A DNA stretch of 64,000 nt, taken from Lama guanicoe (Eukaryota). Below, piece after piece: positions 51,346 to 63,764 of this stretch. Both the position numbers and the translations under genes were made by a program. How positions within the stretch are numbered: position 1 is the stretch's first letter; each line of letters starts with the position of its first letter. The stretch covers positions 11,261,003 to 11,325,002 of the forward strand of contig MU053934.1 of the NCBI GenBank assembly GCA_013239625.1, read 5' to 3'. The notes beneath the pieces were generated by a model, which worked only from the letters and a program-made list of their open reading frames with translations, was not told where the DNA came from and did not search any database.

Positions 51346-54124
51346 CCGTGCAGTGTCAGGGTATCTGAGAAGACCCCAGAAAGCTGCCAGCAGTCCTTGC
51401 CTGTGAATCAGAGGATGTTTCGCATCCTGGGCTGGCTCACTGAGGTCTGTCCATCTCAAGAGAACCTAGGAGACCAGAGCAGCTTAGGGAGCCTGGAGCC
51501 AGACCCCGGGTGCAGCCCCTCGGAGAGGAGCAGGCTGCTCCCAGGAAGTCCCTGAGGCCTGGGCTCCCGACCAGGATGGGCACAGAGGCCACCCCTGGCC
51601 CACAGAGGTCAGGCTCCAGGTGAGGGAGGGGCCGCCTGTCAGAGCCCCCCACGTCGGTCAGCTGGGAGCTTCCTGCCCTGGCCCCATGAGGACAGAATGG
51701 AAGGGGGTCTGTGAGACCCGGTGCTACTGTATCTCTTCCCGTTGGCGTTAGGGGATTACCGTCATGCCCGTCTTGGGGCGGTGGTGGGGCAAAACCAGCG
51801 AGGGCAGGTGGGTGCGTGACCCGCACATGCGGTGCTGCGTGTCGTGCCCCGGGACCCTGGGAACAGCGAGGGTGATGGACGCGATGACAAGGGCGTCCAC
51901 TCCGGACCAGGGGCAGAGAAGGGTGAGGGTCAGAGAAGATTCTGGAACGCTCCTCATTCCCGGCACCCCTCCTGGCCCGACGCTCACCTGTGTGATCGTG
52001 GCAGCCTGCTCCCGCCCCCGCACCCACGCGGACACCTTCAGTGCGCCCCCGTGTGCAGCAGCACAGCGAGCTTTGAAACCGTCACTGGACCAGGGACGCT
52101 GTCCAGCGAGGACTTAGGTCAACAGCCAGGAGTGGCTGCGTCGGCTTGTGTCCCTGCCCAGGATGCTCTGTGCTTGTCCTGTGTCCCCACTCACCTTTTC
52201 CACTTGGACCCAGGAAAACCGCTCCAGCATGTCCACCGTCGGTGGACCCCATGCCCCACCCCATCCCCTGCTGGGACGTCTGGGAGCCGGGCCCACAGAA
52301 CACGCTGGAACCAGGTGTGCGGCCGGGGCTGTTGTGACTCAAGGTTGCACGGCGGTCACGGCGCCCCCTCCCGGCTGTCAGCGGCGATCAGCGCCGACCG
52401 GGACCAGGTCCAGGCACAGACCCGACGCGCCCTGGGGGGCCCCTGGGGCAGCTTTATTTACCCAGTTCTTAAAAGAGGTGTCAGCGCAGCCTGGCGCCGG
52501 GGGGTCGAGGGAGTGAAACCAACCCTGTAAGCTGGGGCGCGCGTCGGCGCAGCTCACCCTGACAACGCAGACGGGCGGACCCGCGGCGCCTTGGAATTGT
52601 CGGAACCAGGCAGGACGCGTGGGTGCTTAGAAGCCCCTGGTGTGTGTGTGCGTGTGTGCAATCTGCGTGTGTGAGAGGAAGCCTTGTGGGGTCGTTGGTG
52701 TCCAGGACGAACGCTGTCCCAGGCAGGCCAGAGCGGGAAGCAGCTGCCTGTCCCTGACCGCTGACCACAGACCCAGTGCGTCCCGGGCCGAGCGTCCCTG
52801 TGCCGGCAGCCGGGCCTCAGGAGCCGCGGGGCCTGGGATGTTGCCGGGTCCCCTGCAATGCCACCCTCGGACCCCCGTCCAACATCTACCCTCCACATGC
52901 TCCCAGGGCACCTGCTGGGGACAGGGAGGGCCTCGGGCAGTTGCCCCCACTGAGGCCGCGCAGCCCTGGTGCCGTTGGGGTGGGAGGGGCAGCACGCACC
53001 TAGGCCTCGTGGAGTCTCCTGTGACCCCCCGCCCCTCCTGTGGTCACGGCTGTGACCACCGAGCAAGCTCTCCGCGGAGGGTGGGAGCCGCCGTGTCTCT
53101 GTGCAGCTCTCAGATCCGGGCGCTCGCTGGCTTCATGGCCACAGGATGGGTGTGTGTGGGGAACACTTACTCAGGCCCAAGGCCACCGGCGAGCTGTCCT
53201 CTGACGCTCCTCCCACGGATGCTCACACAGCCACCTGCAGCGTGTGCCTTGGTGCCGGCTCCCCGGGGACAGACGCCAGGGGACAGACGCCGGAGGACGC
53301 TTGAGGGGCCATGGTCAGGGTCTGCTCCATCCCACAGGCAGCCTGGTGGGGCGCGTCCACGCACATGGAGACACCCAGACCCTTTGATTGCTGGGTCATC
53401 CCTCTCCCAGAAATATGTCTCGAGAAAATAATTCAAAAGAAGGGAAGGCGTGTTTACAGTAGAGCTAAGCTGGGAAGCGGATACGGCCAAGACGCCCAGC
53501 AGAGCCAGAGGTGGAAGAGGACCGAGCAGACGCCAGCGACACAGGCTGTTTAACAATGTCAGGGGTGGGGTCTGGCCCAGGGGGAGGGTCACCGCCTCGT
53601 CCCCTCGATGGCCCTGACCCTGGTCGTCTCTCTGGCTGTCCTGTCCCTGCCTGGCCACCAGTGTTCAGGGTACAGTCACAGAACACGGCCCACCCGACCT
53701 CCACCACAGGGCCGGCCTTGCGCGGGCAGCGGCCTGGCGCTGGGTGACAGCCAGCGCTTCGCCACAACACAGCGTCCTAGCGCCGTTCCAGCCCATAATA
53801 ACCACGGGAGAATGAACAGTCAGGGCAGGGGCTTCACTTGGCTGGGTTGTTCTGATTTGCTCCCACGTCCGCCAGTCCAGGCGCCAGCCCCACCTCACGG
53901 TCACTGTCATCCCATCAGCAGAGGAGAAACCTGAGGCACAGGGAGGGCAGGCGCCTCACCCAGGGGCCAGGCTGCGGGCAGCAGCGCAGGCGCGGGCTCC
54001 CTGTGCCACCCCGGCCCTCTCCCGGGCAGTCCGGGTCTCTCCCGCCGGCCAGCTGTGCCTGCCCGTCCTCCCGCTGCCCCTGGGGGCCGGGGGCCGGTCC
54101 CGCCCACGGCCACGTGGGATCGGA

Positions 54125-54270
54125 GCACGTGGGGCTGCCCAGGCTCAAGTCCCCACGTCCCCCTTCCCGGCTATGTGGCCTCGGCCAGTCTCCTCGCCTC
54201 TCGAGCTCCCGCTCCCCCACGTGAGATGTGAAGCCAGGGCTGATTCCTCGTAAGTAACGATAAATAGTCA
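54125..54270 (+). mobile_element. MIR SINE fragment, GC-shifted
   Basis: ctgcccaggctcaagtcccc..cttcccggctatgtggcctcggccagtctcctcgcctctc..ctcccccacgtgagatg is colinear with MIR. Confidence 0.5.
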
Positions 54271-55866
54271 GTGAGTCAGTGAAGGAGCACGTGAGTCGCG
54301 GGAGGCCCAGCCAGGCGGTCCAGCGGTGTTTGAGCCCCGACGTTTCAAACGGGAGTTTCGAGGAGTACAGAAGCGGCTTCTGGCTACGTGAGGCCACAGC
54401 GGTGTCTCCCGGAAACGTGCGCTGTCCCAGCAGACGCTCTGGTTGGTTGGGCTTCCCAGGCGGGCGGAGACGGGAGCCCGCGAGGGAGGCCCAGGTGTGC
54501 AGCCTTGTCTCTGCACAGCTGCCGGTGTCCCCAGACCAGCTGGTCTCTCCCCGTTGGTCACCTGTCCTTACACCTTCGCTGCACCGTCCTCCAGAGCCCT
54601 GCTGATCTGACTCCTCCGTCCCCGGGGCCAGGCTGCCCTGAGTGGCCGTTGCAGGGCAGGTCCTCGAAGGGTAGCTCAGGGGGCTCCCCAGGGTGCCCTC
54701 TGACCTCCCAGCCCCGGGGACCTTCCTGCCCCAGCTGGTAACTGCTCCCAGGAGGAGCCTAGACGTGCCACCCCGAGGAGCAGAAAGGTGGGATCCAGGG
54801 GCCCTCCTAGGATCCTCAGAACGTTTCCAGCAGCAGTAGCTTCTCAATCACGTCCTCGGGGCCCGTGCCTGCTCTTCGCGTGTTAGATTCTTCTGGAACC
54901 CTTGGTTACATTTGACTCCCGTGGGGGAGTGCATGTGTACGTATATAATTAGCATCTTATATGCTCATATTTAACGTCAGCCTCCCCTGTCCCCATGTCT
55001 GGATGTGGCCTGGCCCCCTGTCACCCCCATGGTCTAGGACAGTCAAGGGGGCGCACACTTCTAGGTCAGATGCTGCTGAGAGCGTGGCCTCCCCATCCCG
55101 GCTGTAAATGGATGAGGTCCATTTACGACCGTGTCTGAGAATGTGGCCGGAGATTTCTGGAATCCCACTGGTTTTGTTCTGGATGATTCATTTTTCCAAG
55201 CCGTTGAGTAAAGTAAGCAGATTCATGTGTTAATGGAAATGAAGACACAGTTTATCCCAGAGGGAACTGTGCAACTTACGAGCAGCCAAGGGCGCAGGCG
55301 TTGATGGAGAGGCCCAGGCTCCAGGTTCCCCGGGCAAATTAGCACCGTGGGTCCCCGTCCATCTGTCTGGACTCAGGCCAGCAGGCAGCAGGCTTGTCAG
55401 CACAGTCACTGTCTGAGGGACAGTGCCATCCCACAGACGCCGGGTGTCTTCAAGGTCATCTGGTTTCCTAGGTTTGCGGGGGTGGGCGAGGGAGTCTGGT
55501 GGGGGCACTTTCCTGAGACTCCCCGTCTTCAAAGCTTGTTTGCACTGTGAACAAAGAGGGGGGGTCCCAGCACCACGTGTGTCCTGGCCAGGGAGGGGGC
55601 GGGTGTAGCTGGCGGCAGGTCCCCCACATGCACGCAGTTCAGTTCCTGGAATAAGATGTCAGACGCCGCCCAGCGTGTCTGCACCACACATGCACACGTG
55701 TGCACACGATATACACAGCATGCACACACACACACAGACACGAATGCACAGCCACCCTGCCCAGCACTGTCGCACGGGGTCAGCGGCCGAGCACAGAGGC
55801 GCTTGGCCCTAGGAGGCTCCCTGTGGCTCTGCCGAGCTGAGTGAACTGGGGTCCACTCAGACCCTC

Positions 55867-56365
55867 TGTTGCAGCAAAGTGTGTTACAGCTCAGTGTCAC
55901 AGCTCAGTTGTGACAGCAGCCTGGATCCTGGCGAGAGACCCAGCAGCACTCGGAGAGCTGGAGAACTCGGTTTATTAAGCCAGCGGGCCCAGAGGAGTTA
56001 ACACTCCCAGCTCTGGACCCCGTCTGTAGGTTTACACAGGCTTTTATAGGCTGCCAGTCTACACTTTGCAACATCGTATGCAAATAAGGTATAAAAAAGT
56101 TGACTAATCAAGAATGAGCTTTTTAGAAACGGACCAGTCAGGAGTGAGCTTTATGCAGATGAGGTTACAAATCGATGAATCAGGAGTGAGCTCAGGGAAC
56201 CAATAGAATCTTAGGGGTAAGTTCTGCTTTCCTAGCAGCAAGCCGTTTTACAGAAGCAAAAAGCGAGATAACGCCACCGGACCAGGGAACTGGACGGCGC
56301 TGGCGGGAAAGTGGTGGCCCTGCCTGGGGGTCCTGCCGGTCTTTATCATGGGGCTTCCCGCCTCA
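55867..56365 (-). mobile_element. Endogenous retrovirus solo LTR (499 bp, probably class I/ERV1)
   Basis: On the minus strand it starts TGAGGCGGG and ends GCAACA (TG..CA). Perfect 4-bp TSD CCTC at 55863-55866 and 56366-56369. TATA box (cttttatag, 56041-56049) lies upstream of the poly(A) signal (tttatt, 55971-55976), in U3-R-U5 order. Confidence 0.88.
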
Positions 56366-59300
56366 CCTCCACCACCTCCCCAAGACCCCCACTGGGAGGC
56401 CGAGAGGAGTAGAACGGGAGTGCACAGCCCCTGGGGAGAAGTTACAAAGCTAAGTGCCCCCTTTGAGCAAGGTGGACCCGGGTTCCCTGGGGCCCGACAG
56501 CCTGTGCCATTGGCCCCAGCCCCCCGCATTTCCCCGGCTCTCGTGGATAGTCTGTTTACCAACGCAGCAAATTCCAGAGCGGCGGCCACTCGAGCTCTGG
56601 GGCTGAGCCAGCGGGGGCCCCCCGGGGGCCTGGAGAGGGCAGGCGCTCAGGGGACGTTAGCAGAAAAGAGGCAGCAGCTGAGTGCCACGGGCCTCCCCAG
56701 GAAGGTGCTGCTGGTGTCTGCTCCTTGAGGCCGACTCCAGGCTGTTTTGCAGACTGCTGTGAAATTCCAGGTGTGAAGCGCCATTAGCTTTTTGGGGTGA
56801 AACCCAACCAAAGGCCCATCCCTCCCCCAGCTGGGGATCTGCGTGAATTTAGCCCCTGAGTCCTCTAATCCCCGGGGGCTGATCTTCCGGGGGGCGACCG
56901 CAGGGGCGGGCCGCTGAGCACTTCCGGCAGGCTGAGAGCTCTGGTTTTCCTAGGATGAGAGCGCCCTCCTGGACTCCAGCTCCTGCTAGAAATTCCCACC
57001 TGTGGGGGGGGCTCTGCTGAGGGCTCTGCTCCAAGCAGAGCCGTGACCAGAGGGCTCCGTGAACTCGGGGGAGCAGGAGGAGCCCCCGCCCCCGGCACCG
57101 GCCCCAGGAGAGCTCCCAGCATCTCTGTGCTGGGGGCGTGGCCTCAGGTCCCCGGCGGGGCGTCACCCAGGGCGGAGTGGCTGGTGGGCCCCGCTGGTAC
57201 CCGACCCCGGAACATGGCCTCTGGGAGGGGACCCTCTAGGCCTGGAGCGGGGCCGGTGGGCTCAGGGGCAGGGGAGAGGGCGGGCAGGGGGCTTGATGCA
57301 GGGGAGGGGTGACCAGGCTCAGGGCAGAACATCCCGGGGTCAGGTAAGGAGGCTGCATCCAGGCTCCAGCACAGGAAGTGTGGACGTGTTTTTGTGGGAT
57401 CGGCGGACAGACAGGAGAGTTTGGGTTCTGACTTGGTGGCCGTGGGGCCACTGGGACCCCTGAGCAAGCAGCCAGTGGGTTTGGACGTGTAGCTCGTTCG
57501 TTTGCGTGTTCTGGCATCTCCTCCGTGTCGGGCACCTGCCGTGCGCGGACTCGGTGCCGGGTGGCCCGCCCCCTCCATCTCCCCCGGACCAGTGTCCTCG
57601 GCGCCCCGCCCACCTGGAGCACCGCGGGTGAGGGAGCCCGGGCTGAGCCTGCGTCCGCAGTGCTCGGCCCCCAGGCCAGCGCAGACACGTCCTGCCGCAC
57701 CCAGCTGATCTGCTCACAGAGCGCTGGGGGCCTGCGGCTGAGCGGAGGGCGTTTCTGAGGTGGCCTGGAGCATTGCCACCTCATTCCTGTTATGGGTCAG
57801 GTGTCTGTGCAGTGGGGACACAGGCTCACTTCTCAGCACCCTCTGGAGACCCAAGGCAAGGCATTGGGGTCTGGCCCGAGCCTGGCACGGGGAGGGCACG
57901 CGGAGGGCAGCAGCATCGGCCATGGGCGGCCCTGAATCGGTCAGGGGAGGCCCTCCCCTGCGCTCCTCTCCCACACACGAGCCCCTCCCTGCATGAAAGT
58001 TCAGCCTCGGGCGCCCCGGGTCCCTAGAGGTTTGCAGTTCTGTCGTTTCCGACTGGCGGGGGCTTTGTTCTGGGGACGAGGAGGCCAGGAGCAAGCCTCC
58101 GAGCCTGAACATCCTCGCAGTGGGAGTTCCGAGGAAAGGAGGCGGCCTCCTCATCCTGAGGCCCCGGGCACTGGCCGCCGGAGAGGACGGTGACTTGTGG
58201 GCCAATGTCCGCACGTGCACATGGTGGATACATGTGTGCAGATGTGTGTGCGTGGGAGGGGGAGGAGGATGGTGGGGGTCACTCCGAGGGAGGGCCGGGC
58301 TGAGTCCCAGGACTGCAGAGCCTGGTCAGAGGCTCTAGGTTGGCAGAGCTCGGCCACTTGGGGCCCCAGGGCCCAGTCTGAGCAAACCTGCTCTCCTTCA
58401 GGCCTGGGAGCAGGCGCTGGGCGCGTGGCCATTGTGTGACCCACACCCCTGGCCTGCATGGGCTGAGGGCCCGGAGGTCGTGACTCAGGAACAGGCTGGG
58501 TCGCTGTCCCCCGCCATCAGCCCCCACCCCTCATGCTCTGTCAGCACCGGTAGCCCTGGGGTCACCCTTCCCAGCCAAGAGCCGCCCCGACGTCAGGGGC
58601 CGGAGAAGATGAGGTTGTGACGTGTGGCATGAAAGGCCCTCTGTTCCTGGGATGTGGGGACCCCGCCCTGCGCCTCCGACCGCCTCCTGCAGGCAGCGGG
58701 CTGCGGCCAGGTGAGTCCAGCTCCCGCGGCCAACAAAGGGCGTCATGTGACCGGCACCGCCGCCATGCCCTCGGCAGGGCTGACCCCCCCCGGCCATGGT
58801 CCACCTATCAGTGTGTCTGTTCCTTCCGCAGACACATCCACCTGCCTGCCAGCCCATGAAGGGGCCCCGCGTGTGTGTGTGGTGGCGTGTGTGCCTGTGA
58901 ACGTGCATTCACTCACACGTGTGTGCGCATCTGTGTGTGTGCCCGTGGGCATGGCGTGCTGTTCACACGTGGAGCCTGTGCATGTGCAGGTGGGTGTTTC
59001 GTGTGTGCATCCGTGTGACCTCTGCTTTCCCATCTGTGTGCGTGCATGTGTGTGGACGTGTGTGGCCAGGCTCTGGCAGCACGACCAGGGCTGGGTCCCG
59101 GGCCTCCCTGGTGACGGACGTCTCTGAGCCGGGCGCCGGGCACTGACAGCGTGTCCCTGGGTGCGGCCCAGGGGACAAAGGGGAGCACAGATTCAGATGT
59201 TTTTCAGCCGCACGGGAGCCTCCCACCCCGTCCATCCTGGCTGATCCTCAGAAACCCTTCCTCCTTTCTCTAGCTTTTCCCGACCGTCTCTGGGCCGAGC

Positions 59301-59947
59301 ACGTAGGATTCCCGGGGATCGGCAGGTTGGAGAAGCGGTTTCAACCCTGTAGCTTCTTCGTGGGTTTAAGGCTTGTGCTCAATGAGGTTTGGGGCCATCT
59401 TTTACTGTCACCAAAAGATGCCCTGGGGACGGCAGGACCGCCGTGGGGACTTCTGCAGGAGTGATGAGCAGACGCGGGAGAGAGGCCCGAGGGGGCCATG
59501 CTGGTAAATGCAGCCGGCCCAACGCCCGTGGGCCCTAGGAGGGCTCCCTGGAGGTGGTGGCAGGAGTGAGCCTGCTGTCATCTTTCATCTTGGAGGCGTT
59601 TCTGGGGCAGCCGGGCAGCCCTGCCCCGAAACCCACCGTGAGCACAGAGCCAGCAGAGATGAGACCACTTTGTCTGCTCCAGGAAGGGGCCGTGTCTGCT
59701 CCTTGAAACTGTCCCCCACGCCCTTGATCACTGCTTACCGAGTGGCCCACAGCAGAGCTGGACTTGGGCAGCGAGCGATAGCCTGGGAGGCCAGGGAGGA
59801 GGCAGCGGCCCAGCCCGGCCACCCCGGCTGACCGCCGGTGCCGGGCGCTGGGCCTTTGCAGCCCAATGTCACCCGGTGCTGGGAATCAGGCCCCGGGTCC
59901 TGCCGTGGCGCTGGGCCCATGCTCACGGCTCTCTCCTCTCTCCGCAG

Positions 59948-60075
59948 CACGGATTATCAGAACAAAGCAGTGGTGTGACATGTCTCCCTGTCTGGAGGGA
60001 GAAGGCTGTGACTTGTTAATCAACCGGTCAGGCTGGACGTGCACGCAGCCCGGCGGGCGGATAAAGACCACCACG
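59948..60075 (+). CDS. TAFA5: TAFA5/FAM19A5 internal coding exon (exon 3 equivalent)
   Basis: Translates as (A)RIIRTKQWCDMSPCLEGEGCDLLINRSGWTCTQPGGRIKTTT, with four Cys and an N-R-S sequon. Pyrimidine tract ctctctcctctctccgcAG, candidate branch point CTCAC at 59922-59926, donor ACG|GTACGT at 60076. Joining G(28192)+CA gives an in-frame Ala codon. Confidence 0.97.
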
Positions 60076-62742
60076 GTACGTACGTGGCCCCCGGCTTTCT
60101 TGTAGGTGCCCTGGGGCGGGGGAGTGGGCTTCGGGCACCGGAGCACACGGGTGGGTGGGCCCCAGGCTGGCGGTGACAGGGACAGGCGGAAGCTGGTCAC
60201 TGGCTGGCTCCTGCACGCAGGCTGCCATCCCGCTCCTGCTGTGGGACCCCTCTGCCTGGGGCCAGATCGGTCTGTCCCTGGGCTGCTCTGCTCCATCACA
60301 CAGTCACCTAGTGCGCCTCGGCCCAGTGGCCGGACGGAAGCCCCTCTGGGCTGGCCAGCCCACACCCAAGATTGCTAGGGACGTTGTCTTGTTTCTGGGT
60401 GACGTGCCCTGGCTCCAGGCTGGAGGGACGCTTAGAGCCCACAGAGGGGCCTTTCAAGAGACATGATGGGGGGGGCCGTGGGCCTCCTCCAGGCCACCCC
60501 CTCCTGCCCCAGGCGTGGTGGCTGTTTGGAGCTAAGTCTCCAAAAGCCCCCGATGGCACTCAGTCCCTCTCAGACCCCCCTGCGGGGCAGGGGCCCGCCC
60601 TGGGATCCCCAGGCTGACCCCGACAGGCTGGGAGGCAGAGGACAGCAACGTGGTTCTGGGACCGTCTTCTCTGAGATTCTTTTTCCAGAGGAAAAGTCCT
60701 CATGCACAGGCTGCAGCGATGCAGGTGGGCCTGCGCCACCCTGCCGGGGCCAGGGGGACAGCAGTGGGGCTGCACGGGCCAGGCGGGCACGGAGCGGGCT
60801 CCATGGCCAGTGGTCACCCGCGGTCCTGGCTCTTCCTCCCGAGGCGTACATAGGGCGCTGAGGGCTGGGGCGGGCTGCGGTCTCCTGGCCAAGAGTCCCG
60901 CCTCGATGCAGGGGATGTGAGGCTGGGAGGCCTGGGGCTTGGTGGCAGGGTCCGGAAAGCCCCGACTGGGATCCCGTCTCCCCCAGGAATTGCACAGAGA
61001 GGTGGCAGCTGCAGCCCTCTGGAATTTTCTAAGGAAAAGCCGCCCCCTTCCTGCCCCTGCGTCCTCCGTCTGAGAACTTGGATGGGCCGTGTCAGGGAGG
61101 TCCTCACAAGGCCCGTGAGGTTCACTGCCCCGAGCAAAGCCCTGGATGCTCAGGTCCCACCCAGCAGGCGGGGCGGGTCTGAGCGCAAGTCAGGCCTCGG
61201 GGGCACATCCTGAGGTTGGGGCTGGAAAGCCGGGTGTGGCCGTGGGCCTCCACCGGGTCCCTTGGGGCCTCGTGTTCGAGTGAATCGGGTCTGGGGCTCC
61301 CCTCTGTGAGCCGTTCCCACAAGGCAGAGACTTGGGGACAGGCAGGGCCGCGGACCACTGGGGCTTCTGTCCCAGGTCTGTGGGGCCTGGGTCAGCGTCG
61401 GGAGCCGGGCCGGCCCTGGGCAGGAGACACTGTGCCGGGGTCTTTTGAATGAACGTCGGGAGGAGATGAGGCTGGAGGGGAGGCTCCGGACCACTGCCCA
61501 CCGCAGCGGCAGGGGTGTGGCTGCGGGCTCAGGCCCGCACTCGGGCCCTCGTGGGGCCGGGCAGGCCCGCTGGAGGAGGCCGCAGAGGTGCCCCCAGCGT
61601 CCTCACAGAGATCGGGCTTCTCCCCTCAGCAGGCTCCCTGCGACTGCCCCCCGCCCCCCCACCCCCTCCCCGCCAGTGGGGGTTCTGGGAGCCGGCTGCA
61701 TCTAAAGGGCGCCCTATGGCGTCCCCGTCACCCGTCCCCGCGGGCACGGCCTCAGGTCCTTGACTCCCGCTAAGAACTTTGCTGAGAAAGTGCAGGCGCC
61801 CGTTCCCTCTGACCGCACAGCCCTCGGCACTCAGAAGCCTCACCTCGGCTTTTCAGCCGTGAAAACTGCAGCTGTGAGAGGCTGAGATGCTGGCGGCAGC
61901 TGGCCGGTGGGTCGTGGGGGCGGGGCTGGAGTCTGTCGGGTCCGCCCGACTCCAAAGTGGCCCTGGCTCTGCCTGAGCCCCACGATCAGAGTCTCTGATC
62001 GGCCCCCCGGGAGGGCAGTGCTCACACGGGAGGCATGACCCTCCTTGCAGGGGGCGGACACAGGTGGTGATGCTCCGCGACCTCCCTCCTGTGTGGCGGC
62101 CCCGTGTCACCTCCCCACCCAGGACAGGGACCCAGGGCGCGTGGGTTGGCAGAACCAATGACAACGCTGTGGGTCCAGGGGGCTCTGTCATCTTCCCGAG
62201 TGTCTGCGGAGGGGTCTCTGGCTCTGATGGAACCCCGGGCCCACGGTGACTGTTTTCAAAGCTTTCTTAAAAGGTTTGCTGAGCTCTTGACCCAAACACT
62301 TACAACTGGAACTCGTGGCCCCACGCCCACGATTGCACCTAGGTCCCCTTGCAGACGGCAGACTAGCGTGTGGGGCTTCACGTTGTACCATAAACTGGTT
62401 TTCCGTGCGGCGGGCTTTAAGAGACCTCATGACTGGTTGGCCGCAGACCACTAACTCCATCCCAGCTGCCAGGTTCTCAGCCTGGTGCCCAGCAGCCAGG
62501 GCCACATCCCAAAGGGGCAGCCAGCCCACCCCCACCTCATCATGCCTGGCCGCTCCTCTGAGTGGTCCATGGCTGCTCCCTTCTCTGTGTCCCCCAAACC
62601 GTGAGCTGCCCGAGGGCAGGCACCGCCCCATGGCCCTGCCAGCCCGGTTCCCTCACTCAGGGCTTCCATAGATACGTGTGCTACATCGATTAATTGATTA
62701 GCTGAACCCCCGGGCATCTGCGGATGCTTGCAGTCCCTAGAC

Positions 62743-62960
62743 CACTGCTCTTCCAAGTGCAGGCCATCACCCCATTAGTGGGGCTGAAAGTAACTTAGTG
62801 CATCACTCTTCACATCTGAAAGAAGGAGGAAGAAATGGAATCAAAATATCAGAGCACGTCCCAGGTCTCGAGGGTGATGGCCATTCCACGACGCGTACAC
62901 GTCACAACGTGGGGTAACGCAGTGACCAGTGCAGGCCGCCGCGAGAAGCTGGAGACCCAG
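62743..62960 (+). mobile_element. hAT-Charlie MITE (MER103-like)
   Basis: Contains cactgctcttccaagtgcagg..cccattagtggg..tgaaagtaacttagtg..gaaatggaatcaaaatatcagagcac, with right end gagaagctggagacccag. Confidence 0.6.
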
Positions 62961-63764
62961 AGTCCTGCGGGGACGGGGGAACCTGGCACCTGTGGTTCCC
63001 GCGATCCCTGGTCCAAGCACTGCCTCGTGCCCGGTCTCTGCTCTGTGATGTTGCTCTGCCCTGGGCAAGGTGACCAGGTGGACATCCGAGGCTCTCCCCA
63101 AGGTCACGAGCAGCGTCCCCTCCTTGACACCCATGCAGCTCCCGCTCCCCGAGCCAGGCTGCAGGGTGGCCGCCCCCTCAGCTCCGTGGCTCGCACTGTC
63201 CGCGGAGGCACGGCTGACCAGGCGAGGGAATGGAGAAGGAAAAGTCCAGGGTCCCATGTGGGAATGTGGGTCCCATTTCTCTGTTCCCACTTCTGCCACC
63301 TAGAAACCCTGGCGGGACAGGACGTGAAGGAGGGGAGGGGCACGATTCCCCTGGCACAAGGTGAAGGGGGCAGAGGCAGCAGCAGAGCCAAAGGGGGACA
63401 GGTGGACTCAGACAAGCTGAGCCAGGCCCCAGGGGATGGGGGGATGGTTCTGTCTTCAGCCCCCAGGATGCAGGAGTCGGGGCTCAGGACCCCCTGTGTG
63501 TGGAGTGGAGGAAGCGCTGGAACAGCAGGGCCTGTGGAAAAGACTTGGGGCTCCCAGGTGCCCCCTTCCTGGCCCCTAGGTGGGGCACCCTGTGCATCCT
63601 GCAGGGCCTGGGCCCACCAGGGGCTCTCCCTGGGGAGGAATCACACCTGAGCAACTCTGGACCCACAACGCCAGCGTCACAGGTGGAGGGAACTTCCCGC
63701 AAACCCCGAGCCCTGAGCACCGAGGGCATAGTCAGGACACGGGACTTCTTTCCTGAGAGGTTTA

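Larger units (their letters stand above)
28193..59947 (+). other. TAFA5: TAFA5 intron (GT-AG, phase 1, 31,755 bp)
   Basis: Bounded by GT at 28193 and AG at 59946-59947. The flanking exons join in frame into a continuous TAFA domain. Confidence 0.93.

Noticed and set aside
59866-59947. In-frame ATG upstream of exon 3 as an alternative start
   Set aside because: It runs through the branch point and pyrimidine tract, has no signal peptide, and would lack half the cysteines. No promoter evidence.
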